Positions 32,338 through 41,158 of a stretch of 50,962 nt of DNA are shown piece after piece. The stretch lies in IMG/VR virus record IMGVR_UViG_3300045988_055689. One strand, 5' to 3'. Every line of letters starts with the position of its first letter. Within the stretch, counting starts at the first letter, position 1. This DNA comes from a virus. The notes beneath the pieces are model-generated. The model was not told the DNA's origin. It saw only the letters and a list, made by a program, of their open reading frames with translations, and made no database searches. The translations under genes and the position numbers were made by a program.

Positions 32338-32985
32338 ATGGATGCTATTTTAGGTCTTTTATCAATTCTTGGTTTTTTTGTTTCATTTCTCTTGTTTGTG
32401 GTTGCTTTTCTAAGAAAGAAAGCGAAAAAGAAATGGGCAATCAATATGGCTGTTTTTTTTGCTGTTTTTCTCTTTGCTATCTCTTGGCCTTCTGAACAAA
32501 CAAATACAGAAAACAACACTTCCAGTCAGCCCGCAGATGATAGCAAGCAGTTGGAAACAACTGGACAGAGTGTTGGGATTGATGGGGTTTTAAAAGGAGA
32601 CTGTTTTGATATCTCCATTGTAGATATCAAGTGGACTGATGCACTTGATACTTCTTTGGGAAAGATTACACCAGAAAATGACGGGAATGCTCTACTTTGT
32701 ATAACTTTTTCTGCAAAAAACACGACTGATGGCACAAAGAATGTCGCAAGTGCAGGTTTTAACGCCTATGTAGATGGGAAAAAAATATTGCCACGGGTTG
32801 TAGTTGGAAGTGTTAACGATAAAATGGTGTTTGTGGGTGCCATTTCATCTGGAATGGAATTGGTTGGCTATTCCGTTTGGGAGCTTCCGACAGACTGGAA
32901 AGAGTTTCAAACATCTTACATAGACGCCGGAACAGCGTTGGAGAGCGAACAGCATTTTTTAATTTGTAAAGAGGACATAAATTAG
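32338..32985 (+). CDS. Membrane protein with DUF4352-like extracellular Ig-like domain
   Basis: Start at MDAILGLLSILGFFVSFLLFVVAFL after GGAGGGG. Two TM helices are followed by a beta-rich domain. Confidence 0.5.
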   Translation: MDAILGLLSILGFFVSFLLFVVAFLRKKAKKKWAINMAVFFAVFLFAISWPSEQTNTENNTSSQPADDSKQLETTGQSVGIDGVLKGDCFDISIVDIKWTDALDTSLGKITPENDGNALLCITFSAKNTTDGTKNVASAGFNAYVDGKKILPRVVVGSVNDKMVFVGAISSGMELVGYSVWELPTDWKEFQTSYIDAGTALESEQHFLICKEDIN

Positions 32986-33032
32986 CAAAATCTCTACCGT
33001 TTCAATATGGAGTTGTTAAAAAACCAAGTTTC

Positions 33033-33061
33033 TTGACAGCTACCCGGCCAACCCGTATAAT
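33033..33061 (+). promoter_or_regulatory. Perfect consensus promoter TTGACA-17-TATAAT
   Basis: Read directly. Confidence 0.65.
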
Positions 33062-33082
33062 AGCTACCAAGAGGTGATCGGG

Positions 33083-33328
33083 ATGTTAGATGAAAAGGAT
33101 TTAGAAATTATTGCAAGACTAAATCAAGAATCCGAACGGCGCATGATGGTCATGATGGAGTCCTATTTTGAACCCAAATTCCAAGTTCTTTCAGAGCGGC
33201 TTGACGACATTGAAAAGAAGCTGATTCCACAAGAAGCTATGGACATTATGGAAGATCGCGTGGATGATCTTGAAAAGACGGTGGCTATACATACCCGGCA
33301 AATTGAAGAATTGAAAAAAGCTCAGTAA
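33083..33328 (+). CDS. 81-aa coiled-coil protein
   Basis: RBS AGAGGTGA. The sequence is helical throughout. Confidence 0.5.
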   Translation: MLDEKDLEIIARLNQESERRMMVMMESYFEPKFQVLSERLDDIEKKLIPQEAMDIMEDRVDDLEKTVAIHTRQIEELKKAQ

Positions 33329-33336
33329 TGAATTCC

Positions 33337-33936
33337 TCAGACGGTGCCTGTTTCGGGTGCCGTCTTACTTTTTGTCCATGCCTTCAAAAGCTGTTGCTCC
33401 GTATCGGTGTACTGTGTTTTTAGGTCAACAATATCCCGGTTTTTCCTATAAAACTCTTTGTCTGCTTTATCCAACGGTTTTCCAAGCGCTCTTTTTTCCC
33501 GAATACGAATGATCTGCGCAAATAAGCAGTCCCCAATTTCCATGTAGGCACCTAGCCAAGTCCACCAATGGACTCCTCCTGTATTGGTCTGCGGATCATA
33601 TTCTTTTGCCCGCACTTCATATCCAAGGACTCGGTTGATTGGGGCAACAATCATAGAAAAATCATGTTTCCAGGAAATCAGCTGCGGCTGTTTTTGTTTG
33701 GATATTTCTTCTCTTCCACCGTTAATAAAGCGAAAGCACTCCTGAATCGCCGCGTCATAATCCGTCAGTTGGTCAAATTCCACATAGAAGATTTGGAGCA
33801 CGGCAAGAGCTCGTTCTTGATCGTTGAAATCTGGGTCGTTCAGAATTTCAAAAATGTCAAGGATGACACGATAATCATAGCGAATAGCAAGCTCTTCTCC
33901 GTCTATTTCAACGGTTTTTGGCAGCCCATAACTCAT
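33337..33936 (-). CDS. Gp15-family tail assembly chaperone-like protein
   Basis: 199 aa. Its position upstream of the tape measure fits, and the sequence resembles the listerial phage Gp15 family. Confidence 0.45.
   Translation of the reverse strand: MSYGLPKTVEIDGEELAIRYDYRVILDIFEILNDPDFNDQERALAVLQIFYVEFDQLTDYDAAIQECFRFINGGREEISKQKQPQLISWKHDFSMIVAPINRVLGYEVRAKEYDPQTNTGGVHWWTWLGAYMEIGDCLFAQIIRIREKRALGKPLDKADKEFYRKNRDIVDLKTQYTDTEQQLLKAWTKSKTAPETGTV
33339..33374 (+). terminator. Plus-strand intrinsic terminator embedded in the 3' end of the convergent chaperone gene
   Basis: A 10-bp stem (33339-33348/33356-33365) has two G-U pairs valid only on the plus strand. It is followed by tactttttg. Confidence 0.5.
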
Positions 33937-33951
33937 ACCGTGCTCCTTACT

Positions 33952-34383
33952 TTAGCTTCTTTGATACTTTTGGTACTTGTTCAGATACTTTTGGAGCTTG
34001 GGATTCGTGGCTTTCTGTTCGCGCGCGAATGAAGTATCAATTTCATCCATCACAGCCAGCATGAGATTACACCACACCGGAAGCCCGTTTGCCAGAGCAT
34101 AAACATTCATACCGCCAAACAGCACATCGCAAACCGCGTTGCCAAACACGCCGTCAATGATACCGCGCATTTCAGCATCCCGCTCTTTTGCAAAGTCAAA
34201 GATTTCCCGCTTGTCTGCAATTTTTTCAATTTGTGCTTTATACCCTTCCTGCTTTTTATCCAGTTCTTCAAAAGCGGAGTAAAGCTTTTCCACAAAGTTG
34301 CTGTCAGTCGGGTTAAAAGACACCTCACACTTTCCATTCAGGGAATATGTAACAAGTCCGCTGTCAAAGCTTAGTTCTTTCAC
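33952..34383 (-). CDS. Tail assembly chaperone-like protein
   Basis: 143 aa, between the major tail protein gene and the Gp15-like gene. Confidence 0.4.
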   Translation of the reverse strand: MKELSFDSGLVTYSLNGKCEVSFNPTDSNFVEKLYSAFEELDKKQEGYKAQIEKIADKREIFDFAKERDAEMRGIIDGVFGNAVCDVLFGGMNVYALANGLPVWCNLMLAVMDEIDTSFAREQKATNPKLQKYLNKYQKYQRS

Positions 34384-34386
34384 GTC

Positions 34387-34914
34387 TTACACCTCGTCTG
34401 GAGTAAAAGTCACCTTAGCGCCGGAAACAGACGCCGTTCCGGTGGTTCTTGTACCACCCATGGTCACATCATAGGGCATTCCAACAGAGCCGCCGCCCTC
34501 GCCGCCCAAGCTGGACGGCTTAACCATACAGGCGGAATATCGCTCCGCAAACGCGGCGGTTTTGGCTGTGCCGGCATATAGGTGGACAATCAGCATATCC
34601 TGGTTTGCGAGAGCAGCAGCATTCTGCTCCTTGATCGCCAAATTCCAAATCTTTGTAATGGCGGCATCTCCAGCATCCAGCTCACTGGGGTCAAAGCTCT
34701 GTGTGATGATCGGCTTTTTCATGCTGGTTCTGGTGGTACCCAAGATATCCTTTGCAGATTCCTCCTGCCAGTCATATTCCATAGAGCTATCTGTGACGCG
34801 GGTTCCCAGAGGGCTCCACTCCGGGGTCGATTCTTCTCCGGTGTTCAGATAAGCAATCAGCAATTCTCGGTCTACAGTTTGACCAGCCGTCGTATTAAAT
34901 TCCATATCAGGCAT
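34387..34914 (-). CDS. Major tail protein
   Basis: Start at MPDMEFN after AAAGGAGAG. Position and composition fit a major tail protein. Confidence 0.55.
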   Translation of the reverse strand: MPDMEFNTTAGQTVDRELLIAYLNTGEESTPEWSPLGTRVTDSSMEYDWQEESAKDILGTTRTSMKKPIITQSFDPSELDAGDAAITKIWNLAIKEQNAAALANQDMLIVHLYAGTAKTAAFAERYSACMVKPSSLGGEGGGSVGMPYDVTMGGTRTTGTASVSGAKVTFTPDEV

Positions 34915-34928
34915 TGGTTTCTCTCCTT

Positions 34929-35405
34929 TCAAACGCCGACTTCATAAGTCAGGCGCATTAAAATTTGATAGTCTTCATAGCCGCTTTCAAGTGCGGCCAG
35001 CTTTGCGGCCTGTGTGGTAGGCTCCACTTTCAGTGCGCGGATTCCCTCTCCAAGCTCCGGTTTATTCGTTCTGGCCCAGTCTCCGAATCTGTTCAACAGC
35101 TCGACAGCTTCTAATCGTGCATCTATGCTGTCTCCCGGTTTGATTCGATAGAGCATTTCAAACTGATATTCCGCTTGATATCCGCCCAGAATGTATTTGC
35201 TTGTAATGTAAGTTCCCGGAATCGTGGAGAGAGTCATTCCTACCTCAGCGGACTTTGCCATGTCCACATCTAAAAATTCATAGTTGATGATGGCAACAGG
35301 CTTGTCCGGAAAGGTATTTGCCCAAACCAGCATAGAACGGGAAATTGTTTGAACCTCTGCCGCCGCAGCCAGCACTTTAGGCTGTTCTTTTTTATCAGAG
35401 ATCAT
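34929..35405 (-). CDS. Head-tail joining protein ('minor capsid 3'-type, tail terminator-like)
   Basis: Third of three consecutive small genes between the connector and the major tail protein. Confidence 0.4.
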   Translation of the reverse strand: MISDKKEQPKVLAAAAEVQTISRSMLVWANTFPDKPVAIINYEFLDVDMAKSAEVGMTLSTIPGTYITSKYILGGYQAEYQFEMLYRIKPGDSIDARLEAVELLNRFGDWARTNKPELGEGIRALKVEPTTQAAKLAALESGYEDYQILMRLTYEVGV

Positions 35406-35805
35406 TCTTCACCGCCTTGTCTGCTACTCGCACCCACTTCTCAAGGTTTTCTGACTTGCTAGCCTCGACCCAGTGGGATTGGGCCTGTGCGTGCATCGAT
35501 TTGTTAAAAACCAGGTCCTTATCTGTGACCACCTTTGTGCCGCCTTTTGGCGCGTAGCTGCTTCCCGTCTCGGGATCAACCATCAATTTCCCGTAATATA
35601 GCATCCTGGATTCTGGCCCTGGATATATAATGCGAGGCCCGTCTACTTTTGTTCTCCTATCCAAGTCTCCTGTTAAGGCAGGAACGTAAGGAGACGTGTC
35701 CTTCCGGATTTGAATAGCAAGAGTGTGTTCAGCTTTTGAAGATGCTTGCATCAATTTATCCTTGATTTCCTCCAGGCCTTTGGTGTGTACCGTGAGTCTC
35801 AGCAT
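35395..35805 (-). CDS. Head-tail joining protein ('minor capsid 2'-type)
   Basis: Start at MLRLTV. Contains DTSPYVPALTGDL. Confidence 0.45.
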   Translation of the reverse strand: MLRLTVHTKGLEEIKDKLMQASSKAEHTLAIQIRKDTSPYVPALTGDLDRRTKVDGPRIIYPGPESRMLYYGKLMVDPETGSSYAPKGGTKVVTDKDLVFNKSMHAQAQSHWVEASKSENLEKWVRVADKAVKNDL

Positions 35806-35806
35806 T

Positions 35807-36259
35807 TCAAGCACCTCCCACTTGAAAGTGCGACATATCTCCGCCAAAATCCTTGAAGTCCACCTTACTCACATCGTAGACGTTATCATATGCCGCTTTG
35901 ATGGTCTGCACCGTCCAATCCGGGTGTACGGCCTCCCCTTTGACGAAAAAGCAGTCGCGGCTTACAGAGAGCGTCCACAGGCTGTCCTTGTCGTCAGCGT
36001 TCCAAAATTCTCCTGGTCCGACATACCGCTTCTTTCTGCCTGTTAAACCATCCACAGCATCAACATTGACCGGGATATACAAGGTAACGGCGTCCGCCCC
36101 TTCCAGGCCGCTCTTGTTCACATTAGCGCCCTTGGAGGCGTCCAGGAGTACACCACGCAGAACAGTGATGTGATTGACCAAAGTAGGATCAAATTTGTTT
36201 TCCGGCAGCTCTATACTCTTCGTGTTATAGAGTGTAACAACGTGCGGAAACATGCTCAT
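35807..36259 (-). CDS. Head-tail joining protein ('minor capsid 1'-type)
   Basis: 150-aa ORF. Assigned by position. Confidence 0.4.
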   Translation of the reverse strand: MSMFPHVVTLYNTKSIELPENKFDPTLVNHITVLRGVLLDASKGANVNKSGLEGADAVTLYIPVNVDAVDGLTGRKKRYVGPGEFWNADDKDSLWTLSVSRDCFFVKGEAVHPDWTVQTIKAAYDNVYDVSKVDFKDFGGDMSHFQVGGA

Positions 36260-36678
36260 GCGTAGTACCCCTTCGCTTTCAAAAGCCCTGTCCCGGCCAG
36301 ATACATCTTTGCCGTGGACATAAGTATCTCCTGTGCGCTTTCTGCTGCGCTCAGCGCATCTTTGGCGCTTGCCCCCCCGGAACGATAGGTTTTGGACCAG
36401 TTTCCAACGGTTTGGCTTTGTAGTTCCCCGGAATCTCCGACAGACGCAGATAAGCTTTTGCTTGCCGAGCTCCTTGCCGCGTCAATCGTCTGATAAGCTT
36501 CAGCGATTGCACAACACGCCATTTTTACTGCGTCAATATCTGCGTGTTTTTCAGCTCTTCCTGCTGTGCAGTAGTCAATATAAGAACTTGCCCGAAGCGC
36601 GAGTCTCGGAAAATCAGATGGCTCAATAGATTTCCCGAAGTACACATACGAATAGAACTCGTAGCTTGCATAAATCAT
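36256..36678 (-). CDS. gp6-like head-tail connector
   Basis: 140 aa. The N-terminus YASYEFYSYVYFG...PSDFPRLALRASSYIDYCT is typical of this family. Confidence 0.5.
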   Translation of the reverse strand: MIYASYEFYSYVYFGKSIEPSDFPRLALRASSYIDYCTAGRAEKHADIDAVKMACCAIAEAYQTIDAARSSASKSLSASVGDSGELQSQTVGNWSKTYRSGGASAKDALSAAESAQEILMSTAKMYLAGTGLLKAKGYYA

Positions 36679-36824
36679 GAAACGGTCCTCCGGAGTACCG
36701 CTAAAATATCGGCCTTTTTCATGGAGCTGTTGACACCCTCCACGCTGTTCTCCACAGCATAATCAAGCATTTCTGCCCGTGTCATGCTGGAGAAGTCAGG
36801 CGTGGAGAGTGAAGCCGCGCTCAA
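36675..36824 (-). CDS. Small HeH/Rho-N-like protein
   Basis: Translated by hand: ...MTRAEMLDYAVENSVEGVNSSMKKADILAVLRRTVS. TTG start at 36824 or ATG at 36785. Coupled to the next gene by ATGA. Confidence 0.4.
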   Translation of the reverse strand: MSAASLSTPDFSSMTRAEMLDYAVENSVEGVNSSMKKADILAVLRRTVS

Positions 36825-36832
36825 CAGCTCAT

Positions 36833-37876
36833 TTAACCCCCCGAGGCAGCGTCTGGATTTACAGAGGCCACAAACAGGCCGTTGGGATCAGGAAGGACCG
36901 GGATAAACAATCCGGTGGCCTTCGTCCACACCGCTACAGGGTCAGGCGTCGCCCATTGGGTGATCGTAATGTACTGATCGGCGGACTTTTCGTTGTACTG
37001 TCCATATTCCGCCTCTTCGGGAGACACGCCCCACAAGCCAACACCCACTTGCGGAACTGCGGTGAAAGTGATCTTATCCTCCGGATAGAAGCGATGCGTC
37101 GTCTCGGTGCCGTCCGCCTTCTGAGTCTTATATCGCAGATCATAGGTTGTAATGGTCCCAAACCCGAAGAGCTGCGAGAACAGGCCACGTAGACGCTCGC
37201 TGGGAACATAGGTCCCCTGTCCAACAGAACCAAAGATCAGGGTCTGAATGCCCTTGTTGGTCGCTAACTTACGGACTACCTTGTTAGAGGTAATCGCCTC
37301 GTTGATGGTGTACCCCATCTCAGCGGCTTGGTCCACAATGGCTTGAATCTGTCCAACGATATCTGCATCCGCAGAGAGGTCTAAATCAAAGGACAGGTTT
37401 TCGGCAGGAACTTTATAATCAACGGTCATCTTCAAACGATTCTCATTGACGTTCATCTTGCCGGTGGCAAGCACGTCCATCTTTGCAACCTCAGTACGGA
37501 CCTTCACTGCATCCGCCATCATCCGCATGTCATCAAAAACATAGCGCACAATGGCGGCATCAGCATACACTCCGGATTCACTCAGGAGCCGAATACGTTC
37601 AGTCTGGTTGATCTTGCGCTTAATCAGCAGCTTTTCGACCTCCATCTTGTCAAAGGTAGGCCGGGACCCGATCTCCGCCTCCGTGTCAAAGGCGTGGACG
37701 GTAGCCATCACGGGCAGGGTAGCGCCATTGGCCAGCCGCATATATTCCGCCTTGAGGTTTTCAGTCTTCTGATCGGGGAAAAGCCGGTCGCCCAGGTATG
37801 CAGGACGGGCAACGGACAGGTTCTGAGAAAAGTCCAGCCTGTCAGCATCGGAAATCAACGTTAAAATATCAGCCAT
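36833..37876 (-). CDS. Major capsid protein (gpE-like family)
   Basis: 347 aa. Contains ARPAYLGDRLFPDQKTENL...ATVHAFDTEA. Confidence 0.75.
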   Translation of the reverse strand: MADILTLISDADRLDFSQNLSVARPAYLGDRLFPDQKTENLKAEYMRLANGATLPVMATVHAFDTEAEIGSRPTFDKMEVEKLLIKRKINQTERIRLLSESGVYADAAIVRYVFDDMRMMADAVKVRTEVAKMDVLATGKMNVNENRLKMTVDYKVPAENLSFDLDLSADADIVGQIQAIVDQAAEMGYTINEAITSNKVVRKLATNKGIQTLIFGSVGQGTYVPSERLRGLFSQLFGFGTITTYDLRYKTQKADGTETTHRFYPEDKITFTAVPQVGVGLWGVSPEEAEYGQYNEKSADQYITITQWATPDPVAVWTKATGLFIPVLPDPNGLFVASVNPDAASGG

Positions 37877-37892
37877 TTGTCAATCCTCCTTG

Positions 37893-38456
37893 TTAGACGC
37901 CTGCGGAAGTCCAGACGGGATAGAGCTTTGCATCCTTGGTCATCTTGACCGATGTAACCGCAGGCCCGCCGCTGGAGAGCGCCCATCCGGTTTGTGTATT
38001 GCTCGCTTTAGTCAGCGGATAATCGGTTGATACAGGGGCATAACTGCCCTCCTGGTATTCATGGGTATCAACCGGAGGCGTGCCTGTACCATCGTCCTTT
38101 TCATAGGTCAGGCAATATCCCCTGGTAACTTCGGGCGCATCCGCAAACACAATCCCAGCCGTTTTCAGCGGTGTCTCGGCGGCACTCTGGATATTCAGGC
38201 GTTCTTTCAGAACACGGCCAGCCAGCATGACGCTCCCTTCGTGGTCTCCGTGGGTGACATCCACATCGTCAAAAACGATACCCACGGCGCTCCCATCATT
38301 GGACGGGAACACAGTTCCGGCGGCAACAATTTTGTTTCCATACTCATCCGCCACGCCCATAGAAGCTGGAATCTGATAGGTTTTCAGGACAAGCCCAACT
38401 TCGCTTTCCAGGAAGTTCGGCCGAAAAGTGCCATTCACTCTGTAAAAATGAGACAT
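37893..38456 (-). CDS. Head decoration-like protein
   Basis: Located between the scaffold and major capsid genes. Start at MSHFYRV. Confidence 0.4.
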   Translation of the reverse strand: MSHFYRVNGTFRPNFLESEVGLVLKTYQIPASMGVADEYGNKIVAAGTVFPSNDGSAVGIVFDDVDVTHGDHEGSVMLAGRVLKERLNIQSAAETPLKTAGIVFADAPEVTRGYCLTYEKDDGTGTPPVDTHEYQEGSYAPVSTDYPLTKASNTQTGWALSSGGPAVTSVKMTKDAKLYPVWTSAGV

Positions 38457-38461
38457 TCGTT

Positions 38462-39055
38462 TCACTCCTTCGTAGTATTTTGAGTTGCGTACATTTGATT
38501 GAACTGCTTGGCGTACATGGCTCCTTTGCTCTCGTGAGCAGGAGGCCCGCCAGGGCCAACAGGCTTTACAAACGACGGGGCGGGCTTGTCTCCCTGGAAC
38601 GCAGCTGGGTCGCTATCTTGCTGCGCCTTCAGGTAATCTTCAAACCCTTCCAGAGCCCCGTTTTTGAGCGTCAGGCGGTTGGCGGTAAGGTCCGCCACAA
38701 ACGCCTTTTCCGCAGCTTTAGAACTGAACTTTACACCCTTGTCGGCAATCGCATGATTGACAGCATCTGCATAGTCACGATCTGCAATCTGCTTCTGATA
38801 CTGCTCTGTCTCCGTGGTGTACTTGGTCTGCAGGTCAGCTAACTGCTGCTTGATGCCATCCACATCACCGGCAGATTTTTTTAACTTCTCAATATCCGCA
38901 TCTCTCTGTGAAAGTTGTTCCTGAGACGCTTCAAGGTCTACCTTTGCTGTATCTGCCGCCTTTTTATATCGTTCAATGTCTTTCCCGTTGATCGCCAAAA
39001 CCTTTGTCGCTTGTTCCTCTGTCAGTCCAATTTCAAGCAGTTCTTCTGTTTTCAT
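38462..39055 (-). CDS. Scaffolding protein (GP20-like)
   Basis: Start at MKTEELLEIGLTEEQATKVLAINGKDIERYK. Long coiled coil. Confidence 0.65.
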   Translation of the reverse strand: MKTEELLEIGLTEEQATKVLAINGKDIERYKKAADTAKVDLEASQEQLSQRDADIEKLKKSAGDVDGIKQQLADLQTKYTTETEQYQKQIADRDYADAVNHAIADKGVKFSSKAAEKAFVADLTANRLTLKNGALEGFEDYLKAQQDSDPAAFQGDKPAPSFVKPVGPGGPPAHESKGAMYAKQFNQMYATQNTTKE

Positions 39056-39176
39056 GCGTTCTCCTTTGCGGCTAGGCTTTTTAGGTCGTTGCCGTGACCT
39101 ACCGCCCCGCACTTTTAGGCTTGCGGATAGCCAAATTTAATTGAATCTCCCGTAGTTTAGCGACTTCGGGTCGGTC

Positions 39177-39221
39177 AAAAGAAAAAGGGTCAACCACCGA
39201 GAAATCCTCGGTAGTTGACCC
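39177..39221 (-). terminator. Strong intrinsic terminator between the portal-MuF block and the scaffold/capsid genes
   Basis: A 15-bp stem (39221-39207/39201-39187) has one pair that is G-U only on the minus strand. It is followed by tttttctttt. Confidence 0.7.
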
Positions 39222-39241
39222 CAACGGTCCTTCCCCGGCCC

Positions 39242-39397
39242 CTATCGGTCGGGGGAGCGATATACTGTTTTTTTCTTTTCCTCGATGATGAGAAATCCAC
39301 TTTCTTTTTTTCGAATAATCGCGTCATTCCCACGGTCAAGAATGGCCCCAATTATGGCCCACGCTTTAATAGTTTCTTTGTTTGTTTTTTCATCCAA
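39242..39397 (-). CDS. 51-aa hypothetical protein (weak call)
   Basis: TTG start overlapping the upstream stop. The RBS is poor. Confidence 0.25.
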   Translation of the reverse strand: MDEKTNKETIKAWAIIGAILDRGNDAIIRKKESGFLIIEEKKKTVYRSPDR

Positions 39398-39599
39398 TAA
39401 TCTCGATGCGCTCAATCTCGTCCTCCGTAAATCCAATCAACAAGCCGTGTTCATTCTCCACATCGAACTCCAGAAATTCATTTCCATCATCATCAAAATC
39501 GTAGTCATACCCATAGAGTTCCCCGGTCGTTACACGTCCACTTGTGGAAAAAACTTTAATTTTCTTCCCAAAGTAAATCGTGGGATCGTTAATTATCAT
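39390..39599 (-). CDS. 69-aa acidic protein, candidate immunity protein for the MuF C-terminal domain
   Basis: Start at MIINDPTIYFGKK (ATGA overlap with the MuF stop). The core YDYDFDDDGNEFLEFDVENE is acidic. Confidence 0.5.
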   Translation of the reverse strand: MIINDPTIYFGKKIKVFSTSGRVTTGELYGYDYDFDDDGNEFLEFDVENEHGLLIGFTEDEIERIEIIG

Positions 39600-41158
39600 T
39601 TTTTCCACCCCCCTGAAAACGGAACACCATGCGTACCGCTTTTGCTGTAATGGATTTTGATACTTCTTGCAATTATTATATCACCGTTTCTGTTAACTGT
39701 ATAGCCAATTTCTTTTCCGGCATCAATAATTTCTGTGTTTTTCCACTTTGTAAAATCATCTGTAAGATTGATTTTTCCGCTACCTGCCTTCGCGTTTATG
39801 ATCGCTTGCAACTCCTCCACAGAAACCGTTATCACGCTTCTGCCCGGTGTAGCAGTGCCGGCCATATGCCGCGCCTGTTTCTCCGGATTGATCTCTAATG
39901 GATATTCACCGTTGCGGATCGCCTGCCTGATTGGCGCTTCTGCATCACGCTGCACTTTGAGTGCCGAGGCGGTTTGTTCGGATTCAATATCCGTATAGGT
40001 AACCTGCATCCTTTCCCGCTGCAATGGCAAACCCGCAGCTTCGCTAAAATCTCTGTATTCCTTGTTCAGACGCCGGATGCGGGCTGTCACCGTCTGGGCG
40101 TCCTCTTCAAGCCCTGCCGCCTTATATGCAGTCTGTTCCCGCTTCAGCTTTCGGATGGTCCGCTCGATCTGGCGTTGCTTTTGTGTAGCTTCATAAGCTG
40201 TATAACGTTTGCCCTCAAACTCCACATCATGCCCGTCGTCAATGTGTTCCAGTTCTTTGTCGGTATACGTCCGCTCCATCACGCCGTCTACAAAAGCGGT
40301 CCTGATATGACGGCAGTTGGCTCCCTCTAAACCATCCACATAGCCAAGTCCGCATACTTCATAGATACTTGGGTATTTGTCTCCGGTTCTAACAGAATAC
40401 ACCCGGCCCTGCCACGCTTTATGGTTCTGCCATCCAGTACCTTGATCTCGTGCCCCGATGTGGGCTGATACTTCAAAATATGGCGTTTCTAAGTATTCCG
40501 CACTCTGCTCCGTGTATTTGGCACAGAGCTGGGAGACGCCCGTCATCACTGCTCGGCGGGCTGCTACGTCGATTTGGTCCCGGTGTCCGCTCTCATAAGC
40601 CACGATCTTGATGCCGCTGTCTGCAAGCTGCTTAACAGTATTTCTAATAGCTTGGTTATAGCTGACTGCTCCGCTCATAACCTGCATCTCCGCGTTATCC
40701 AGCGCCCATTGATAAGCACGGGCTGGTGTCAGCATCGTCCGCCCACTGTCCACCAGAAAGCCCATGGATCGGGTCAGGTTGCTGACCTCTCTTTGTGCCT
40801 GCGCCGTAATCGCGGCAATATCCATAGCGCTTACCAATGTCTCAGGAGCCGTCATCCCCGCAAGGTCTATGACCTCTTTGTAATACCGCTGGTTACGTTC
40901 CACCACGTCCTCCAGCAGTCTATTGAGCCGTTGCTCGCTGATATTGGCCGTTCGCTGGATGGCCCTCTCTATCTCTTTTAGGCCAATTCCATGTGACCGC
41001 AGAGCCCGGATATCCTGCACCGTGACCTCATTCAGTTCTCCGGCCAGTTTCAGACGAGAGCATATTTCATCAAGGAGCGTCTCTTCCAGGCTTCGGAACA
41101 ACTCCGCTAATTCTTCCGGAAGCGCATCCAAAACTTCTGGAGAAAACGGGTATCTCAT
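39596..41158 (-). CDS. MuF/SPP1 gp7-like head morphogenesis (minor capsid) protein with C-terminal toxin-like extension
   Basis: 520 aa. The N-terminal ~380 aa are typical MuF/minor capsid 2. The C-terminus is PEKQARHMAGT...GRSVITVS...AGSGK...IKIHYSKSGTHGVPFSG. Confidence 0.7.
   Translation of the reverse strand: MRYPFSPEVLDALPEELAELFRSLEETLLDEICSRLKLAGELNEVTVQDIRALRSHGIGLKEIERAIQRTANISEQRLNRLLEDVVERNQRYYKEVIDLAGMTAPETLVSAMDIAAITAQAQREVSNLTRSMGFLVDSGRTMLTPARAYQWALDNAEMQVMSGAVSYNQAIRNTVKQLADSGIKIVAYESGHRDQIDVAARRAVMTGVSQLCAKYTEQSAEYLETPYFEVSAHIGARDQGTGWQNHKAWQGRVYSVRTGDKYPSIYEVCGLGYVDGLEGANCRHIRTAFVDGVMERTYTDKELEHIDDGHDVEFEGKRYTAYEATQKQRQIERTIRKLKREQTAYKAAGLEEDAQTVTARIRRLNKEYRDFSEAAGLPLQRERMQVTYTDIESEQTASALKVQRDAEAPIRQAIRNGEYPLEINPEKQARHMAGTATPGRSVITVSVEELQAIINAKAGSGKINLTDDFTKWKNTEIIDAGKEIGYTVNRNGDIIIARSIKIHYSKSGTHGVPFSGGWKK

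Noticed and set aside
32307-32519. 70-aa minus-strand ORF between the tape measure gene and the cassette
   Set aside because: It is antisense to the RBS-supported plus-strand membrane protein, is Lys/Phe-rich low complexity, and has no RBS.
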